The notes below the pieces were generated by a model. It saw only the letters and a list, made by a program, of their open reading frames with translations. It was not told the origin of the DNA and made no database searches. This document shows positions 1 to 8,700 of a DNA stretch of 10,980 nt, in pieces. The translations under genes were made by a program, and so were the position numbers. Position 1 is the first letter of the stretch, and each line of letters starts with the position of its first letter. The DNA comes from Candidatus Bathyarchaeota archaeon (lineage in GTDB: Archaea; Thermoproteota; Bathyarchaeia; Bathyarchaeales; Bathycorpusculaceae): the NCBI GenBank assembly GCA_963739305.1, contig CAVTZU010000030.1, positions 1 to 10,980 of the forward strand. Reading direction: 5' to 3'.

Positions 1-15
1 ATCCCAAACCCAAAC
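1..15. repeat. Right half of dispersed 26-bp quasi-palindrome plus CCAAAC tail (copy A, cut by window edge)
   Basis: ATCCCAAACCCAAAC at 1-15 is identical to 8886-8900. Confidence 0.75.
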
Positions 16-113
16 AACACAAATCCCCCTTTTTCTATTCAGTATAATGCTTAACCATTATGTCGCGCTCGCATCACGCTCGCGCTCCAACCCGCAAAAA
101 CTCAAAACAACAA

Positions 114-124
114 CTAGCGCGCAC
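114..124 (-). repeat. GCGCGCGCTAG-family junction motif
   Basis: CTAGCGCGCAC; reverse complement GTGCGCGCTAG matches the consensus at 10/11. Lies upstream of the probable true start (216) of the first CDS. Confidence 0.6.
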
Positions 125-215
125 TAATTTGCGAAACGTGGCGTGTCGCTGTGGGAGACGATCTTCAAAAGACTTATCTTTTAGCTCATCAAACAGACTA
201 TTGGTGCAACTTGAG

Positions 216-1640
216 ATGGGGGTCTTGCTCAAGGCAAGCATTGCGGTGTTTTCCATCCTTATCCTGTTCGGGTTGTTTCCGCTTGGTCGGCAGACCTCTT
301 TAATGTACGGGTCAAGTTCAGCGTCAAATGCTCCTTCCGTAGTGGCAGAAACTGAATTCAACTATCCAATTGGCACAAAGGGAAATCAGATTTTCTTCCA
401 TGACGGATACTGGTTTGTTTTCTACTTCAACGGTTCAGACGTAGCTTGCACTGACGGCGTGATCCTTTACAAATCTTCTTCGGACGGTGAAAACTGGAGT
501 GACCCGCAAATCGCGGCGGAAGATGCGAACATCTCCGTGTACTTCAGTCTCTACCAGTTTAACGATACGGTGGTCGTTGCATACACGTCAATGCAAGCCT
601 TCTCCAGCGATTCTTTCTTCGATTGCATCGTCAGAACCAGAATGGGAACAATATCTTCAAGAAACATTATTTTGGAAACGCCAACTGTTCTACTGAGCGG
701 GCCTGAAATCGGCGGGAGAATCTGCGATTATTGGGGTGATTATGCCTTCGATAGACATTGGCTGACCATCGAATACCTTTATGGAGGAATTGAATACAGA
801 TGCGCAATCTTCTCTACAACTGACTTTGTCACTTGGGACCTCAGCAAAGATTGGATCAACGCAAACGGCGGATACGTTTCACAGGTGACTTTGAAGTACG
901 TAGAAGACAGCAGGCTCATGGCTCTCTATGGAAGTTGGGGAGGCAACGAGTTCAACTACATGTTCTACAACGGTTCAGAGTGGAGCAACGAATACGCGAC
1001 TTCAGGTGCCGACTTGGATTATGGGTTATACAAGGCTCAGTGCGAAACAGTGGTCAACGGAACAATGTATATGCTGTACTCGCACTGGGATTATGTCACA
1101 AACCTGAAACTTGCCGTTTACAACGGAAGCTGGTATTTCAGCGACTTTCTGCTGAACCAAAGCTATTGGGGAGGCGACAGTTCAGCTACTTTCGACACTG
1201 TCACGGGCAGAATATACTTCTTCTACATAAACGCTGAAACAAACCAAGTACTGGCGGCATACTCGATGGACTATGTGAATTGGGTCAAAGACGTGAAAGT
1301 GGATGAAGTCAACTCTGATTACGTGCGCCGAACCAGAACCTCGGAGTCCTGCGTCGGAAACCCAGCTGTCGCTTGGATAGCAGGCTCGACGCCGCCTTTC
1401 CAAATAAGGTTTCAAATATTGGCTTCCATTGGCGAATCCACAGACTCGTCTGTGAAAACAGGCAAATTTGGATATGTGAATTCCAACGGCAACGTTGATA
1501 TTTTCAATTACATCCTAGCCGTCGACTCTTTCGGGTGCGTTGTGGGAGACCCAAAATGGAATTCCGCAGCTGATCAAAACCATGACGGGCAAGTCGACAT
1601 CTACGATATGATTTTGATTTCGCAAGATTTTGGAAAGTAA
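216..1640 (+). CDS. Secreted Asp-box (BNR) beta-propeller protein, sialidase-like fold, with C-terminal dockerin-like domain
   Basis: Start moved from 60 to ATG 216, which opens a hydrophobic signal/anchor (MGVLLKASIAVFSILILFGLFPL); codons 60-215 are basic, low-complexity and overlap intergenic-type repeats. Asp-box-like motifs SSDGENW, STTDFVTW, SMDYVNW. C-terminal GYVNSNGNVDIFNY...ADQNHDGQVDIYDMILISQDFG is a dockerin/EF-hand-like pair with a degenerate first repeat. Confidence 0.8.
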   Translation: MGVLLKASIAVFSILILFGLFPLGRQTSLMYGSSSASNAPSVVAETEFNYPIGTKGNQIFFHDGYWFVFYFNGSDVACTDGVILYKSSSDGENWSDPQIAAEDANISVYFSLYQFNDTVVVAYTSMQAFSSDSFFDCIVRTRMGTISSRNIILETPTVLLSGPEIGGRICDYWGDYAFDRHWLTIEYLYGGIEYRCAIFSTTDFVTWDLSKDWINANGGYVSQVTLKYVEDSRLMALYGSWGGNEFNYMFYNGSEWSNEYATSGADLDYGLYKAQCETVVNGTMYMLYSHWDYVTNLKLAVYNGSWYFSDFLLNQSYWGGDSSATFDTVTGRIYFFYINAETNQVLAAYSMDYVNWVKDVKVDEVNSDYVRRTRTSESCVGNPAVAWIAGSTPPFQIRFQILASIGESTDSSVKTGKFGYVNSNGNVDIFNYILAVDSFGCVVGDPKWNSAADQNHDGQVDIYDMILISQDFGK

Positions 1641-1655
1641 TAAGTTCAAATCATA

Positions 1656-1668
1656 TAGCGCGCGCTAG
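1656..1668. repeat. GCGCGCGCTAG junction motif within perfect 12-bp palindrome TAGCGCGCGCTA
   Basis: TAGCGCGCGCTAG, about 15 nt after the stop of the beta-propeller gene; 11/11 consensus match at 1658-1668. Confidence 0.75.
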
Positions 1669-1745
1669 TATACGCTTAGGAATTAAACACAGATAGAACT
1701 CCTCGATGATGAGGCATTTACGATGGGCTTGCGTCGGAGTTGGAA

Positions 1746-1970
1746 ATGACTCTGGAACGAGTGTACAAAGACTACCTTCTGTTTATTGCTTTCTCAGGGC
1801 TGATTCTGGTTTCTATTATTGCTTTGTATGAATATTTCACCATTCATGACACGAGGCTTTTGTTTTTGGGTGTGGTTTCGATGGTGCTTGGAGTCCTGGG
1901 GACAATAGCACGAGTAGTGTTCACTGTCGAGTTTTGGCGGGCAATCTTTCAGAATTGGAGAAAACATTGA
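1746..1970 (+). CDS. Small hypothetical membrane protein (2 TM helices)
   Basis: GGAG at 1736-1739 precedes ATG 1746 (alternative TTG 1740). Two hydrophobic stretches and a basic C-terminus. Confidence 0.65.
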   Translation: MTLERVYKDYLLFIAFSGLILVSIIALYEYFTIHDTRLLFLGVVSMVLGVLGTIARVVFTVEFWRAIFQNWRKH

Positions 1971-1981
1971 AGAGAATTTGT

Positions 1982-2013
1982 GTGTGGGATAAAACTTTAC
2001 CCCAAACCCAGAC
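1982..2013. repeat. 26-bp quasi-palindrome plus tail (copy B, inverted relative to copy C)
   Basis: GTGTGGGATAAAACTTTACCCCAAACCCAGAC; 1985-2007 is the exact 23-bp reverse complement of 8869-8891. Confidence 0.85.
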
Positions 2014-2032
2014 TTTCGACCTAGTTCAACAA

Positions 2033-2047
2033 TTTTCTACTTTTTTT
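2033..2047 (+). terminator. Archaeal oligo-T terminator candidate
   Basis: TTTTCTACTTTTTTT downstream of the 1746-1970 CDS. Confidence 0.4.
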
Positions 2048-2130
2048 CCTTAACAATGGGTATGCTTCAATGATTACCGCGGCCGCCACGCGATCAATCC
2101 ATGAAGCATCGAAGTGAGGAGCTCCGCAAC

Positions 2131-2140
2131 TTTTAAAAAA
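2131..2140 (+). promoter_or_regulatory. TATA box candidate for a leaderless or short-leader cyclophilin mRNA
   Basis: TTTTAAAAAA starting 24 nt upstream of ATG 2155. Confidence 0.45.
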
Positions 2141-2154
2141 CGGATTTTCCACAT

Positions 2155-2892
2155 ATGACTAGGCTGAATGAAATGAGGGCGCTTCCAATCTTCATCGGAC
2201 TCTTTCTTGCATTGATCCTAATGCCATGTTACGGAATTGGTTCTGCAACGCATACGGCGTATGCAGCTAACAGTTCACCAAGTCTTAAGGACACCAACAG
2301 TCAGTACTCTAAAGTTCAAGATGATGTCGTAATCCTCGTTACGTCGATGGGCAACATATCAATCGAGGTGTTTGCCGACATGCCGATTACATCTGGCAAC
2401 TTCAAAAACCTAACTCAATACGGCATCTATGACGGAACGATATTTCACAGAGTCGCCCACGGCTTTGTTATTCAAGGTGGCGACGCAACCTCGAAAGGAA
2501 TTATCGTGCCAACCATACCTGACGAGCTTCCGAACAAGCACAGTAATATCAGAGGGTCAGTTGCAATGGCAAAAACAAGTCAGCCGAATTCGGCTAATAG
2601 CCAGTTTTACATAAACCTCGTCAACAATACGGATTTGGACACCAGATACACTGTTTTCGGCAAAGTAATCGCTGGAATGAGCGTGGTCGACAGCATAGGT
2701 AGCGTTCAAACAGTTCCTTCGGATGATGGTCAGCCAGTCACTACTATCACTATTCTGCACGCGGTGTTGGGCCAACCGGTGCCCGAATATTCGCTATTGA
2801 TTCTGCTGACCTTGTTCGTGACTTCGACTCTTGTTGCAATCGGTCTTCACAGAAAAAAGCCGAGGCCAACGACGAGAAACCTTCGGAACTAG
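2155..2892 (+). CDS. Secreted cyclophilin-type peptidyl-prolyl cis-trans isomerase with PEF-CTERM-like anchor
   Basis: Cyclophilin motifs FHRVAHGFVIQGGD, GSVAMAK, NSANSQFYIN and LDTRYTVFGKV. N-terminal signal peptide; C-terminal VPEY, TM helix and basic tail (HRKKPR). Start could be the second Met (2173). Confidence 0.92.
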   Translation: MTRLNEMRALPIFIGLFLALILMPCYGIGSATHTAYAANSSPSLKDTNSQYSKVQDDVVILVTSMGNISIEVFADMPITSGNFKNLTQYGIYDGTIFHRVAHGFVIQGGDATSKGIIVPTIPDELPNKHSNIRGSVAMAKTSQPNSANSQFYINLVNNTDLDTRYTVFGKVIAGMSVVDSIGSVQTVPSDDGQPVTTITILHAVLGQPVPEYSLLILLTLFVTSTLVAIGLHRKKPRPTTRNLRN

Positions 2893-2942
2893 TACGATAA
2901 TCTGAGCTCTCGAACATAGTTTTGCTAGGGTTTGAACACAAG

Positions 2943-2951
2943 TTTTAAGTA
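2943..2951 (+). promoter_or_regulatory. TATA box candidate for the small ORF-small ORF-integrase unit
   Basis: TTTTAAGTA preceded by A-rich AACACAAG, upstream of the 2988 ORF, which has GGAGAG before its TTG. Confidence 0.4.
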
Positions 2952-2987
2952 TGAATAGGGCTCTTTATTTATTTCTCATGGAGAGCC

Positions 2988-3182
2988 TTGAAAGATATGA
3001 ATGAGTCCGACGTAATACGCAGAGCTCTAGGCACTCGCCCTAATGCGATAATTTGCTATGGTGAAGATAAAGTAGAACTGGAATCAATAGACCATCAATG
3101 TCGAAAAATTATTTCAGTTCCTAAACATCTCTTACCAAAAGTCAGAGTTTATCATGGCTCCAAGACTCATGGAAGCAGATGA
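2988..3182 (+). CDS. Hypothetical small protein upstream of integrase
   Basis: 64-aa ORF with GGAGAG before the start; overlaps the next small ORF in an operon-like arrangement. No recognisable family. Confidence 0.45.
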   Translation: MKDMNESDVIRRALGTRPNAIICYGEDKVELESIDHQCRKIISVPKHLLPKVRVYHGSKTHGSR

Positions 3183-3324
3183 ATGGAAGACAATAAGAAA
3201 ATACGTCAGAAGTGTCGTCTTGGCGATTTTAGTCATTGACTTGGGATCTTCAGTTTCTGATGAACGAGAATTGAAGGATGAGCTTTTTAAGCAACTTGTG
3301 GCGGCGCGGGCTAGGAAGGAATAA
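3169..3324 (+). CDS. Hypothetical 51-aa protein (not in ORF track) directly upstream of integrase
   Basis: MEADEWKTIRKYVRSVVLAILVIDLGSSVSDERELKDELFKQLVAARARKE*; alternative in-frame ATG at 3154. Stop is 2 nt before the integrase ATG, and the ORF fills the gap between its neighbours. Confidence 0.5.
   Translation: MEADEWKTIRKYVRSVVLAILVIDLGSSVSDERELKDELFKQLVAARARKE
3304..3314 (+). repeat. GCGCGCGCTAG-family motif just upstream of integrase start
   Basis: GCGCGGGCTAG, 10/11 to consensus, ending 12 nt before ATG 3327. Confidence 0.45.
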
Positions 3325-3326
3325 GC

Positions 3327-4544
3327 ATGAAATACCAAGATAGTCAGATATGGGAAGATCAAGTTCTCAAACGTTGGTTAGACACTATCGTTAAGCCTGG
3401 CACGAGAGCGAACTATCAGAGCGCGTTCAAGGCTTACCTGGAATACACAAAGATAACACCAAGTCAAATGATAGATGAAGCCGTCGAGGATTCAAAGAAG
3501 GATCCGCGACAGAGAAGAGACGTTCTGCTCACAAGGGTTCTAGGGTTCTATGCATGGTTGAAGACTGACTACCCAAAGAAGAGCCGAGGAACTGGAGTGC
3601 ATAGAGTCATAGGGAAGGGAATAAGCGACAAGTTGGCGACATGCTACACGGCTGCGATCAGGTCTTTCTATGGAACGTATGATTTGACTATCAAGCTGCG
3701 AGGCAGAAGACGAATACCCAAGGCAAGAGTCACAAACAAACGAATGATAGTTGGAGCTGAACAAGTCAAAGTTCTCTTTGACCACGCGAGGAGCCCAAGA
3801 GACAGAGCCATAATCCTAGTGAACTTTCAAGGTGGATTAGACGCGAGTACGCTGTGCAGTATCAAGTATGGTGACATAGCTGAAGGCCTAGCAAAGAATG
3901 AATATCCTCTCAAACTCGCTCTTCAAAGACCGAAGACCGGAACAGACTTCTACACGTTCCTAGGACATGACGCAATAGAAGCATTGAAGGCTTACCTTTC
4001 AGACATGAAACAGCGAGACGTAACCTTCACACATAGCACGCCTCTATTCTTGCAGGACAAAAGCAAGGCCTTGATGCTTCCAGAGAACATTCAAGAAATG
4101 ATGAAATTTGTCGCCCAGAGAGCCGGCTTCATTGATGGCAAGAACAACGGACACGAGTTTAACCCATTAGGACCGCACAGCTTGAGAGAATCCTTCGGAA
4201 GCATAATGACAAACTCAGGCGTTCCAGACACGATAATTGATTTTTGGTTAGGCCATGAAATCGGAGAACAGGCAGAAGCTTACAAGAGCGTACAGTTTGA
4301 CAGTCTCAAGAAGATGTATCTGGACCGAGAGAAGCTCATTTCAATTAGTGCTCAGAAGGTCGACGTTGAAGAAATCAAGGAGAAGCTCAGAGTAGAAGTT
4401 GAACAGCAAAACAGACAACTGCAAGCTATGGTGAACAGTCTAGTCACCGAGAACATGGATCTTAAGAATCGGCTTCAGTCAGTTGAACGGAAGCTTGAGG
4501 ATATAGGGAAAACTGTTTCAGAAATACGCAAGACATTAGATTGA
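3327..4544 (+). CDS. Tyrosine recombinase/integrase (phage integrase family) with C-terminal coiled coil
   Basis: N-terminal core-binding region (TRANYQSAF...AAIRSFY), RDRAIIL box, K203 (RPKTG), H284-x-x-R287 (HSLR), H310 (LGH) and Y319. Box I reads GGLDASTL, with D172 at the usual Arg position. Heptad-rich C-terminal ~65 aa. RBS-like AGGAAGGA upstream. Confidence 0.93.
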   Translation: MKYQDSQIWEDQVLKRWLDTIVKPGTRANYQSAFKAYLEYTKITPSQMIDEAVEDSKKDPRQRRDVLLTRVLGFYAWLKTDYPKKSRGTGVHRVIGKGISDKLATCYTAAIRSFYGTYDLTIKLRGRRRIPKARVTNKRMIVGAEQVKVLFDHARSPRDRAIILVNFQGGLDASTLCSIKYGDIAEGLAKNEYPLKLALQRPKTGTDFYTFLGHDAIEALKAYLSDMKQRDVTFTHSTPLFLQDKSKALMLPENIQEMMKFVAQRAGFIDGKNNGHEFNPLGPHSLRESFGSIMTNSGVPDTIIDFWLGHEIGEQAEAYKSVQFDSLKKMYLDREKLISISAQKVDVEEIKEKLRVEVEQQNRQLQAMVNSLVTENMDLKNRLQSVERKLEDIGKTVSEIRKTLD

Positions 4545-4581
4545 AAAATATCAAAGAGACGCAAAGAATAAATCGAGGGGA

Positions 4582-4600
4582 CTATTAACATTATTAATAG
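4582..4600. promoter_or_regulatory. AT-rich inverted repeat (promoter or protein-binding site candidate)
   Basis: CTATTAA-CATTA-TTAATAG: 7-bp arms, 5-bp spacer, immediately 5' of the structured element. Confidence 0.4.
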
Positions 4601-4656
4601 CGACTGGGAGGGTCGTCCATTCGACTCGCTACTAGGTTCGCCTAGTACCTGGTCGT
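4600..4656 (+). ncRNA. Candidate DUF3800-associated structured RNA (three-way junction)
   Basis: P1 GCGACUGGG(4600-4608)/CCUGGUCGU(4648-4656); P2 GGGUCG(4610-4615)/CGACUC(4622-4627); P3 UACUAGG(4630-4636)-UUCG-CCUAGUA(4641-4647). Four G-U pairs work only on the + strand. Ends about 30 nt before the DUF3800 ATG. Confidence 0.6.
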
Positions 4657-4685
4657 CCTTTATGATCTAACCGAGGACTTCACAT

Positions 4686-5420
4686 ATGCATCTTCTTTAT
4701 TTGGATGAATCGGGCGATCCAAACAGCTGGGAGAATCAAAAATGTTATGTTATAGCCGGCGTGGCAATCCATGAAGGCCAGATTTATGCAATAGGAGCGC
4801 AAATGGACAACGTCCAACAGAGGTACTTCCCGGCGATTCAGATTCCAATAGCGTTTCACGCAACAGACATAAGAAGACATAAAGGTCATTTTGATGGGCT
4901 TCCACGCAACACAAGGGATCAAATACTAGGAGACGTATATGCAATAATAGGCAATGCTACTTTTCCCAATCTAGTTGCATTTGCAACAGCTATCGACATT
5001 TCATCAGTAACAAGTCCTACTCAAGCACGCAGAGACGTTTTTGAAGATGTCTGTGAGAAATTCAATGGCTTCCTAATGCATCAATATCGCTTGGGACGCC
5101 CTACGAAAGGTTTGTTGCTTATTGACGAAAATCGCGCTGCCGAATATCGTGAACTAGTTAGTGATTTCAAGGCGCAAGGTACTACTCATGGCTTTCTCGG
5201 TAATGTTGTTGATATTCCCTATTTTGCCAGATGTCATCAAACCCGTATGTTACAACTTGCAGACTTTGTTGCCAACGCTGTTTTTCGGTACTATGAACGC
5301 GATAATACCGCTGATTTCAATGTCATATTACCAAGATTTTATAGAGGTCTAACGAACAGTCTGTCTTGCGGACTTAAGCACATGATCAGGGTAGACTGCA
5401 ACTGCGCAGCTTGTTCCTGA
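4686..5420 (+). CDS. DUF3800 domain protein (predicted RNase H-like fold)
   Basis: Hallmark N-terminal YLDESG, FHA motif, mid LLIDE and C-terminal LQLADFVANAVFR. GAGGA RBS at 4673-4677. Cys-rich tail CNCAAC. Confidence 0.88.
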   Translation: MHLLYLDESGDPNSWENQKCYVIAGVAIHEGQIYAIGAQMDNVQQRYFPAIQIPIAFHATDIRRHKGHFDGLPRNTRDQILGDVYAIIGNATFPNLVAFATAIDISSVTSPTQARRDVFEDVCEKFNGFLMHQYRLGRPTKGLLLIDENRAAEYRELVSDFKAQGTTHGFLGNVVDIPYFARCHQTRMLQLADFVANAVFRYYERDNTADFNVILPRFYRGLTNSLSCGLKHMIRVDCNCAACS

Positions 5421-5443
5421 GAGGCTAGACTTTTCTGCGCCTC
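5421..5443 (+). terminator. Hairpin immediately after the DUF3800 stop
   Basis: GAGGC-TAGA-cttt-TCTG-c-GCCTC; a second small hairpin CATCTT/AAGATG at 5455-5473 and a T-run near 5501. Confidence 0.3.
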
Positions 5444-5513
5444 CTTCGCGTTATCATCTTCTCAAAAAAGATGTTGTCGACTTCGTAAATTGATTTCATG
5501 TTTTTTCAGATCC

Positions 5514-5524
5514 TCGCGCGCGCT
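5514..5524. repeat. GCGCGCGC-family junction motif
   Basis: TCGCGCGCGCT, the exact reverse complement of AGCGCGCGCGA at 10799-10809; intergenic between DUF3800 and the 1026-aa gene. Confidence 0.6.
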
Positions 5525-5654
5525 TTTCTAATCTCACATAATCTGGACAGAGCATCATATGTTAATAACAGACAGATTCTTTGAAGCTCTTGTCTTGTGT
5601 AATATGCTCACTGATTTCATTGTAGCAGTGACCGATGGTGGAAGTTTCTTTCAT

Positions 5655-5698
5655 AAACCTTTTATCACGTGAAATTCATTCGTAATATGGGGAAGGAG
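5655..5698 (+). promoter_or_regulatory. TATA-like box and RBS of the large surface protein gene
   Basis: AAACC-TTTTATCA (TATA-like at 5660-5667) and GGAAGGAG (5691-5698) before TTG 5704. Confidence 0.5.
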
Positions 5699-5703
5699 TT
5701 AGC

Positions 5704-8700
5704 TTGTTTAGGAAGACTGTTTCTGTGGCAATGCTAGTATTGATTTTAGTAGGCATGTTTGCTCCAGCGTTTAACCTTCAGAGCGCGAGGTGCGAAAGTG
5801 CAACTACTGTCGTGGTTCCTGGAGCCGCTGGTCAATTGCCTCCTCCAGATTCTTGGGTTGATTCGGGCATCTCTCTTTCTTTTGGAGACGATGTCTCTAT
5901 TACTGCGACAGGCCGAGTGAGCTGGGATCAGGGTTATAATTGGGCCGGTCCAGACGGTGACCCTTCTTGGCCTTCTTCAAATGGGTTTGACAATCCTATC
6001 TTGCCGGGCGCACCAGTTGCAGCCCTAATTGCCAATATAGGTGGGGGACCGATTTTTCTTGTTGGAAGCGGACCTACTGCTGCTAACGGAGAAGGCGAAC
6101 TTATCTTCGCGGTCAATGATCAAATTGGCGGCAATTACAACAATATTGGTAGCTTCACTGTTACTATAGTGCGTGCGCGTGGGCAATTCACTATACACTG
6201 GGCTTCTCAGTATTATGGTGTGACTGCTGGCGAACAAACAAGCTTCGTGATATACCTTGACTACACCGCAGGTTTCAGCGGACTAGTAAAGCTTTCATTT
6301 CAAGGTCTTCCAACAGGGTGTGTTGGGCAGTTCGACATTGCAGAAGCACAGGCGCCAACAGTTCCCTACAGAACACTGTTTGTGACCACGCCATCAAACT
6401 TGAACAACGGAACATACACCTTCACCGTCAAAGGTGAGAGCGGCTCTGTTTCTCAAACAATACCCGTCACTCTCACAGTTGGCACAGGAGAAATAACTGG
6501 AATCATCTACAGGGATGACAATGGAAACGGAATAAGAGATCCGGGAGAACCTCCTGTTTCAGGCGCCACAGTAGGGTATTACGCGACCCAGAACTACATG
6601 AATCTGTATCAGACAGGTGTCACTTCTGACGCGAATGGAGCATTCACGCTCGTCAATGTTCCCTTCAACGTGGACAACGAAGTAGATGCGACCGCAACAG
6701 GCCTTAGACAAAGAGACATACGTATGAACATAATGAACCGGCCTGAAACGCAGCTCAACATAGGAATGTCAACTCCGCCTGCCAGTGGTTGGAGCACGTG
6801 CACCCAATTCAACATTGCATTTTCAAGCGTGAGTTTTTCCGAGTATTTGCGGCCTTGTGTCGAAGCCTACAACCTTCTTCATCCCTTCGACCAGATCAGC
6901 ATCGACAGCATAAACAGCTTGCCTCCGGTGAACTTTTATACGATAACTCAATCGTCTTCAGCAGATCAGGCAGAATTTGCCCAAGCTTTGTCTCAATTTT
7001 TGGGCATAACTAGCCCCCAGGGATATAATCCTGCTTATGTGTATATCCTTGAGTTTCCCTTCTTGCAGACAATAAACGCTTTGTTTGGCGCAAGCATTCA
7101 AGGACCGATAACCATTCCTATTCCTCCATCGAGCGGCGTGAGCCTTCTTCTTAGTGCCCAATCCATCTCCACGACACCAGGAGGCAACGTCATTCTGGCA
7201 TTCACATTTAGCAAAACTACAAACAGCGCGAAGGGCATCTTTGACTTGTTACGAGCGTTGGCAAGTACGTTGGTAACTATCGCGAAAATGGATCCAGTAG
7301 ATTTGATAAAAGATGGCGTGGATCTCTTCAAGGCGACAATTGAAACGTCCGGGGAAGACAGCATTAATGTGATTACATCTGATCTATATCAGACTGGGCA
7401 ATTGACTAGCTACACCCTCATAGATATGGTCCACATAGCTGACACTCTTTCAACCCTCACGACTGCAGGTGGAATTGTTAAGAAAACAATTCATCTGCTT
7501 ATGCACGGTACTGCAGCAGCTTCTCTCATCGATGTGCCTGATGATGTGAGGACGATCCTTGATGCACTGGATCTGACATTGGAGATTCTTCCTTACATGC
7601 CTGCGATGTCATTCCTCCAGAACAATACTCTCTTCCAGCTTTTCATGACTGGAGAGGGCATCATTGTCAGTGCGGTTGACCCGAACGGAACCACGATTGT
7701 CCCATCAGTTCTTGATATGACTGGTTCCCTCGTGGTGGGCTACAACTTTACCTCTGGCGATGTCACATATGCTAGTATTGAAGGCATATTAGTACCAGCT
7801 GCGGGCGACTGGTTGGTTCTGCTTAATGAGAGTGCGAGCAACCCTGTCAGTTATACTGTCTGCCTCTCAGCCATGGGCGGGAACGCTTCAGTTCCGTACA
7901 ACCTTCAAATATTAAGCTCTAACCAAAATGTGACTGCAATTGGATACAGCGGGATGGTTTTCGGGGGGACTTCCCTCACAATACCAGTCGACGTTGCTCC
8001 CAACGGCACACTCGTACAGCAGGACTACCTTGAGCCGTCTCTCTCCGTAAACGAGACTGGAAACATCTTTGATTTCTTTGCCACAGGATTTTTGTCCAAC
8101 GGTTCCCTTGTGCCAATTGACGAGGCATACCTGAACATTAACGGATCACAATATGAAATGACTCAGATCAATTCCTCAACGTATCAAATCCAAATTGGAA
8201 TCAATTCTTCTTCGCCGATCCAATTCAATGTCTACATGATCTCGTATAGCGTGCCTGGTGGATTTGCCACGGGAACCCTGCGGCACGAAGTTGCCGTCGC
8301 CAACCTGACACTAGCTAAGACAATAGTTGGACTGGGGTATGGTTTAGGTCTAAATGCGACCGTACAGAATCTAGGAGACTTCGATGAAACTCTCAACGTT
8401 ACAATCTATGCAAACTCAACCGCACTCAATCAAACAGAAATCGGTGTGTCGAGCACAGATTCTTCAATAATGCCGTTCACTTGGAACACCTCTGGGTTCG
8501 CTGAGGGCAATTTCACACTGAAAGTTTGCGTGGAACCTCTCCCAGGTGAAACCAATACTTCCGACAACAATGCCACATATACTTTGGTCAAGGTCACGAT
8601 TCCTGGAGACGTCAACGGGGACTTCACCGTTGACATCTACGACGCTATCATGCTTGCCGGTCACTTCAATCAGACTCCGGCCAATCCTTTGTGGAGTGCA

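Noticed and set aside
49-130. Canonical integron attC site (GCTTAAC at 49-55; also CCTTAAC near 2048)
   Set aside because: No complementary GTTRRRY end or L-box pairing found, and the recombinase shows no evident IntI-specific insertion.
60-215. N-terminal 52 aa of the 526-aa ORF
   Set aside because: Basic low-complexity translation of a repeat-containing region that precedes the signal peptide; ATG 216 is more plausible.
4600-4656. tRNA or tRNA-fragment att site after the integrase
   Set aside because: Contains GGTTCG but has only three stems, no anticodon/D-arm pattern and no CCA end; treated as another structured RNA.
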